IMG/VR virus record: IMGVR_UViG_3300031918_000006
Span: 51,599-115,598 of that record
DNA: 64,000 bases
Direction: 5' to 3' (one strand)
Source of the DNA: a virus
The position numbers were made by a program, and so were the translations under genes. Of the stretch, positions 59,972 to 64,000 are shown piece by piece; within the stretch, counting starts at the first letter, position 1; each line of letters opens with the position of its first letter. The notes under the pieces were generated by a model that did not search any database, was not told the DNA's origin, and saw only the letters and a program-made list of their open reading frames with translations.

Positions 59972-60157
59972 TCAACAATAATTCTCATATCCACATTCTG
60001 TGCAAGTATAGTATGTTTTATGACTATCATAACTAGATTCAATCATATCTTTATGAGGACAAGCTGTTTGTATAGCTTTAATAGCTTTTTTTAGAACATC
60101 TTCCCTTTTAGCAAGAGTTATCAGTTCCTCATTCCAGGCTTTTATTAGTACATTCAT
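59972..60157 (-). CDS. Small zinc-binding protein
   Basis: CPH...CTECG. Confidence 0.6.
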   Translation of the reverse strand: MNVLIKAWNEELITLAKREDVLKKAIKAIQTACPHKDMIESSYDSHKTYYTCTECGYENYC

Positions 60158-60166
60158 TTTTTTTAC

Positions 60167-60198
60167 AATAAAAAATCCCCAGCTTGTGGCTGAGGATT
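60167..60198 (-). terminator. Probable intrinsic terminator
   Basis: AATCC-C-CAGC/GCTG-A-GGATT hairpin followed by a U-run on the minus strand. Confidence 0.65.
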
Positions 60199-60201
60199 AT
60201 A

Positions 60202-60381
60202 TTAATCTTCGTCTTCTTCTTGTTTAATTCTTTTAGGTTTGACTTTAATCTTACCTTTTAATTTTGTATTACTTGTATCTGTATTACAGTTAAAACAGAT
60301 AGTTCCTGTTAAAATAGCACTGTCGCACACGGGACACCATGTCTTAATTCTCTTTACTTTTGGAGCTTCTCTATTTGCCAT
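60202..60381 (-). CDS. Small zinc-ribbon protein, 59 aa (not in ORF track)
   Basis: MANREAPKVKRIKTWCPVCDSAILTGTICFNCN...EEDED; start overlaps the end of the upstream ORF. Confidence 0.65.
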   Translation of the reverse strand: MANREAPKVKRIKTWCPVCDSAILTGTICFNCNTDTSNTKLKGKIKVKPKRIKQEEDED

Positions 60382-60667
60382 CAGTAGATACTATAGTTTG
60401 AGTTCCAGAATCATATTTAACCTCATAAGGGTTAATTCCACTATTATAAGGTGGTCCTGTTTTACCATCTCTCATATTAGGACCACCTAATGTAACAGAT
60501 CCTAAAGATTGCCAAGGATTAAATAAATTAGTAACTCCAGGAATAATAACATAATCCTTTAATTCTTCTTTAGTAAATCTCTTTTCTAATTCTTGTACCA
60601 TATCGTAAAGTTTATACGATTCTTTTATAGTAATGGTCTTACTTTGTGTATCAATAACGAAATTCAT
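60371..60667 (-). CDS. Hypothetical protein
   Basis: Likely start ATG 60667, downstream of a promoter. Confidence 0.6.
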   Translation of the reverse strand: MNFVIDTQSKTITIKESYKLYDMVQELEKRFTKEELKDYVIIPGVTNLFNPWQSLGSVTLGGPNMRDGKTGPPYNSGINPYEVKYDSGTQTIVSTDGK

Positions 60668-60686
60668 TTGTTTATAATTTAAAACA

Positions 60687-60716
60687 CAAATATACAAAAT
60701 TTATTTGTTAAAACAA
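60687..60716 (-). promoter_or_regulatory. Bacteroidota sigma-A type promoter
   Basis: Minus strand TTG, 19 nt spacer, TATATTTG, about 20 nt upstream of the ATG. Confidence 0.6.
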
Positions 60717-60729
60717 GTTTTCTTGTTAG

Positions 60730-60812
60730 TTGCGGGGGTGGAACTCGAATCCACGTTCCTTTCGGTTAATGCTTATGAGACATCGCTGGTTCCAACTCCA
60801 GTCTACCCCGCT
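60730..60812 (-). tRNA. tRNA-Met/Ile2 (CAT), atypical with long variable arm
   Basis: GCGGGG/CCCCGC acceptor, GATGT-CTCATAA-GCATT anticodon arm, GTGGA-TTCGAGT-TCCAC T arm. Confidence 0.8.
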
Positions 60813-60817
60813 GTGTG

Positions 60818-60889
60818 TGGCGATAGTAGGATTTGAACCTACGACCAGAGGCCTATGATGCCCCTGCTCTACCACTGAGCTATATCGCT
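60818..60889 (-). tRNA. tRNA-Met/Ile2 (CAT)
   Basis: GCGATA/TATCGC acceptor, GCTC-AGTGGTA-GAGC D arm, GGGGC-ATCATAG-GCCTC, GTAGG-TTCAAAT-CCTAC. Confidence 0.85.
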
Positions 60890-60890
60890 A

Positions 60891-61100
60891 TTATACATTA
60901 CATTTACCACTGTGGTCTCTACCACAATCCATACAGGATCCATAATCATCCTCTGGCATTTGAGATACAGTAAGTTTAGATTTTACGATGTTATTAAGTA
61001 AAGTATCTATTCTATCCATTTCTTTTTTAACAGCCCACCAATCTTTTACATTATAGGCTCTATTTAAATTTGTGCGAATTTCTCTTATTTCTTTTTCCAT
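60891..61100 (-). CDS. Hypothetical small protein between tRNAs
   Basis: CMDCG..H..C at the C-terminus. Confidence 0.55.
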   Translation of the reverse strand: MEKEIREIRTNLNRAYNVKDWWAVKKEMDRIDTLLNNIVKSKLTVSQMPEDDYGSCMDCGRDHSGKCNV

Positions 61101-61114
61101 AATAATTAAATTTG

Positions 61115-61186
61115 TGCAGGATGTCGGGTTCGAACCGCGTTTTCTGATTGGAAGTCAGACACTTTACCAATTAAGCTACACCCTGC
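61115..61186 (-). tRNA. tRNA-Gly (TCC), atypical acceptor/T stem
   Basis: GCAGGGTG/CATCCTGC acceptor, TCTGA-CTTCCAA-TCAGA anticodon arm, CGG-TTCGAAC-CCG T arm. Confidence 0.8.
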
Positions 61187-61384
61187 GTTTTCGCTCACCT
61201 GAGTAATGAGCTAACAATTTCCGGTTTTTCTTTCCAAACCCTGCGGATGCTAATCCAAGAAAAAAGTCAAACATTACTGAGGAGAGTCGTTACACTCTTT
61301 ATCCTATCAGATCCTTTTGTACACAGAAGGATTAACTGACTCGCGTTTAAATCTGCGTTAGATTCTGAGTTCTCACACTCATTG
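61187..61384 (-). ncRNA. Candidate structured ncRNA between tRNAs
   Basis: About 200 nt without an ORF in the track; at least six hairpins and a 10/11-bp long-range complement. Confidence 0.4.
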
Positions 61385-61471
61385 AGGAAGAAGTAGGGCA
61401 CCATCCCAAGTCCATTTCCATGGACCGTACTGATTTCAAGTCAGCCCTGCACGCCGTGCAGTTCATCTTCC
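61385..61471 (-). tRNA. tRNA-Ser (TGA) with tRNA-Sec-like 8/4 fold
   Basis: GGAAGATG/CTTCTTCC acceptor, CTGCAC/GTGCAG D stem, GCTGA-CTTGAAA-TCAGT, GTCCAT-GGAA-ATGGAC variable arm, TGGG-ATGGTGC-CCTA T arm. Confidence 0.7.
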
Positions 61472-61809
61472 ATATCTTTTATTATTTTTTCTTTCCAATA
61501 ATTTCTTCTAGTAGAATTTTTATTTTTAGATTTAAATGTACTTAATTGACTATCACAATTAGGACATATTAATCTTAAATTTATTCTTTTATTATTAGAA
61601 GCATCTCCATCTATATGGTCTAAAACAAAAACTAAATTTTGATTATTCCATTTAGGAGTTATTTGGCAAATACTACATTGATTATTTTGCTCTTTTAAAA
61701 AGAAATCTTTAAAGTTTTTTGGTGTATAATTTCCTACACAATATTTATCGTTATCTGTAAGAAACCTTTGGTATGCATTTTCGTGATTGTGTAAAGAACT
61801 TTGTCTCAT
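61441..61809 (-). CDS. HNH endonuclease
   Basis: CSIC...LDHIDG...NN...NLRLICPNCD; last 10 codons lie inside the tRNA-Ser gene. Confidence 0.85.
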   Translation of the reverse strand: MRQSSLHNHENAYQRFLTDNDKYCVGNYTPKNFKDFFLKEQNNQCSICQITPKWNNQNLVFVLDHIDGDASNNKRINLRLICPNCDSQLSTFKSKNKNSTRRNYWKEKIIKDMEDELHGVQG

Positions 61810-61925
61810 AAAAAATTTTAAATTAAAATACAAGATACTAATTTTTTTAGTATTTATGCATTTAATTTAAAATTTTTTATAAATTTTTAGTCTCTTAAAG
61901 CACTTGAGTACTCTTCCAATTCCTT

Positions 61926-62444
61926 TTAATGCCCCAATATTCTAGCTATTGCTAGTCTAACTAAAGGAGCTTGACCAAAAGCCAGATTCTTTTCTTTTAT
62001 AGAAATTACATCTGCTTTACACCACTCAACATCTGATGTTTCATCTGTGATGGTAACTTTTGGTAATTCTTTTTTCTCAAACAAATATGCACTGCCAATT
62101 GAAACGTTCTGGCGATTACCAGTTGGGTCTGAGTGTACGTATACATTTGGATATACTGTCATTTCACCATCTCCTTTTGTGAAAGGTTCTTGTGCATTTA
62201 CATCAAATCCAGTTTCTTCCCTAATTTCTCTTGCAGTAGCTTCTTCCAAGGTTTCATCCCAATCAAGATAACCACATGGTAAACACCACCTTCCGGGCAT
62301 GTCTTCCATACTCTCAGCTCTCTTTGTCAATAGCACATATAATTCTTTTTTAAAGATTACAAAAACTATGCCAGTTACAGCTACACTTCTAGAATGCCAG
62401 ATGATTCCATCTTCTGTTTTGTATGCTTTATTAGGTCTGCTCAT
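61926..62444 (-). CDS. Nudix hydrolase (ADP-ribose pyrophosphatase-like)
   Basis: LPCGYLDWDETLEEATAREIREETG Nudix box; SDP..NRQNVS; LAF. Confidence 0.9.
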   Translation of the reverse strand: MSRPNKAYKTEDGIIWHSRSVAVTGIVFVIFKKELYVLLTKRAESMEDMPGRWCLPCGYLDWDETLEEATAREIREETGFDVNAQEPFTKGDGEMTVYPNVYVHSDPTGNRQNVSIGSAYLFEKKELPKVTITDETSDVEWCKADVISIKEKNLAFGQAPLVRLAIARILGH

Positions 62445-62447
62445 ATT

Positions 62448-63998
62448 TTAAATTTTTGGTACATCAATTAAAATAACTTTGATTTCATCTTTTTTAGGTT
62501 CTTCTGGTTTAAAAAAAGGACTGGCATAAGGAAATCCAGAGATGGCCCAATCATAGGACACTTCGAATCCTAAAGGAGTGATTTTACGTTCACCTAAAAA
62601 AGAGTCTTTTATTGAATCATAAATAGATTCAGAGAGCACTTTTTCTTCCTCATATAATTTAAATGATTTTTCTCCTATAAAACCATCAAAGTGACCATTT
62701 TTGGTATTACCAATAGCAGGAGATACTTTATATCCAGCTTCACCATTATATCTACCAATTTCAGTAATAGTCACTAATTTACCTAGTTCACTGTCTTTAA
62801 TCCCACTTCCAGGCCATACTGTTTCTACTAGATCACCTACTTTAAATTTATATGGGTACTTTGGAATTGAAAATTCAGTGACATTAAAAGGTTTTTCTAA
62901 GAAGTTATATTTTGAAATCTCAGATGAAGTAGCATATCTCCATGCTAATAAATCATCAGATAAGTCAAACATTAATCCGGAATGACCATTACTAGTATCA
63001 CCTGATAAGTCTTTACAAGGTCTTAGATAAGGATGATTTTCTCTTACTTTAAAACAATAATTTACTTTTGCACAATCAGTACAAACAGAAGTCAACTCTA
63101 AAATAACTATATAATCACCTTTTTTAGGCATAATTACAGTTTTAATTTGAGTAACATCATAAGGTTTACCTATCCTGTTGTATTCTTTGATTTCTTCTTC
63201 TGAGGCAAATCTCCATTTTTTCAATTTGCTAGATAAATCATAACACATAGTAGTAGTACCACTAGCCATTTGTCCAAATAAGTCTACATAAGGTCTAATA
63301 AAGGAATGAGCTTCACGTATTTTAAAACAGTAATTCATTTTTCCACAATATGTTGTGCCAAAATCACCTTCTAAAGTTACTATATAATCATCCTTTTTAG
63401 GAAAACCTTTTTTTAAATCAAAAACATTGTAAGGTTTTCCAAGTCTATCATATTCTGTAATCTCTTCTGGTGTAGCAAATCGCCACTCTAATAAATAATG
63501 TTGTAGATCCCAAGACATATAATCATGTCCATTGTTAGTAGAGCCTCTTAAATCTATGCATGGATATACTCCTACATTTGTTGTTCTTAATTTAAAACAA
63601 TAATTATTTCTGCCACAATTATGAGTTTGATCTGTGACTCTTACAGTAACAATATAATCTCCTGCTGTAGGAGTGTTTTTAATATTAGTAATATCGAATG
63701 GTTTTTTGAGTCTATCGTATTCTGCTATCTCAATATCAGTTGCATATCTCCATTCTTTAAGATCTCTTGATAAATCCCAAGACATTTGAGCATGACCATT
63801 ACCATTACTACCATGCAAATCAACACTAGGTCTTAAATAAGAAGTAGAATCTCTAACTTTAAAGCAATAATTTTCTTTTCCACAACTTCCTTCAATAAAA
63901 TTACCTTTTACAGTAACTATATAGTCACCTCTTGCAGGATATTTAATTGCAGTAAATAGTTTAAAAACTACTGTGGGATAACTATAATGATTAGACGT
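62448..63998 (-). CDS. Repeat protein with four ~89-aa Cys/His repeats and an SH3-like domain (5'-partial)
   Basis: Frame is open to the window end. Repeat consensus GDYIVT...C(G/A)K.NYCFK.R...P..DL.G...NGH..M..DL...L..WR.AT..EI..Y....KP; then YKFKVGDLV. Confidence 0.75.
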   Translation of the reverse strand, partial: TSNHYSYPTVVFKLFTAIKYPARGDYIVTVKGNFIEGSCGKENYCFKVRDSTSYLRPSVDLHGSNGNGHAQMSWDLSRDLKEWRYATDIEIAEYDRLKKPFDITNIKNTPTAGDYIVTVRVTDQTHNCGRNNYCFKLRTTNVGVYPCIDLRGSTNNGHDYMSWDLQHYLLEWRFATPEEITEYDRLGKPYNVFDLKKGFPKKDDYIVTLEGDFGTTYCGKMNYCFKIREAHSFIRPYVDLFGQMASGTTTMCYDLSSKLKKWRFASEEEIKEYNRIGKPYDVTQIKTVIMPKKGDYIVILELTSVCTDCAKVNYCFKVRENHPYLRPCKDLSGDTSNGHSGLMFDLSDDLLAWRYATSSEISKYNFLEKPFNVTEFSIPKYPYKFKVGDLVETVWPGSGIKDSELGKLVTITEIGRYNGEAGYKVSPAIGNTKNGHFDGFIGEKSFKLYEEEKVLSESIYDSIKDSFLGERKITPLGFEVSYDWAISGFPYASPFFKPEEPKKDEIKVILIDVPKI

Positions 63999-64000
63999 GT

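Noticed and set aside
61385-61471. Selenocysteine tRNA (selC)
   Set aside because: Anticodon is TGA (Ser), not TCA; no in-frame TGA selenoprotein or sel genes seen.
554-62985. Many short opposite-strand or nested ORFs in the track (e.g. 554-871, 18899-19225, 44122-44535)
   Set aside because: They are shadows of long genes with clear motifs and have no independent signals.
62448-63998. Diversity-generating retroelement repeats
   Set aside because: Repeats differ at all base types, not only adenines, and no reverse transcriptase is in the window.
1-64000. Stop-codon reassignment (TAG or TGA), known in some crAss-like phages
   Set aside because: Genes are full length and tightly packed in code 11; TAG and TGA both end genes at overlaps; no suppressor tRNA seen.

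Overview
AT-rich segment of a crAss-like (Crassvirales) phage genome, read in standard code 11. The host is probably Bacteroidota, judging from TAnnTTTG/TTG promoters. 1-17078 (+) holds four giant virion/ejection-type proteins: a double-psi-barrel RNA polymerase split into two genes, a double-zincin protein and a PD-(D/E)xK nuclease/membrane protein. A bidirectional terminator at about 17.1 kb marks the strand switch. 17122-64000 (-) holds replication and nucleotide genes: Dda-like helicase, ligase, dUTPase, ThyX, class II RNR, exonuclease, rIIA/rIIB, primase, SSB candidate, Sak4-like ATPase, DnaB, SF2 helicase, and a family A polymerase interrupted by a 292-nt ORF-less group I intron. It also carries NAD salvage genes (pncA, pncB, nadE, Nudix), a vWA-PP2C-kinase (TerY-P/yegLKI-like) cassette, ferritin, RNase HI and four atypical tRNAs with a candidate structured RNA among them. 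The most striking unexplained signal is that every junction between the giant (+)-strand proteins pairs a C-terminal Cys with an N-terminal Cys on the next protein, although these proteins are almost Cys-free. This suggests a covalent head-to-tail 'daisy chain' of ejected proteins. All calls come from motif reading; no database search was run.
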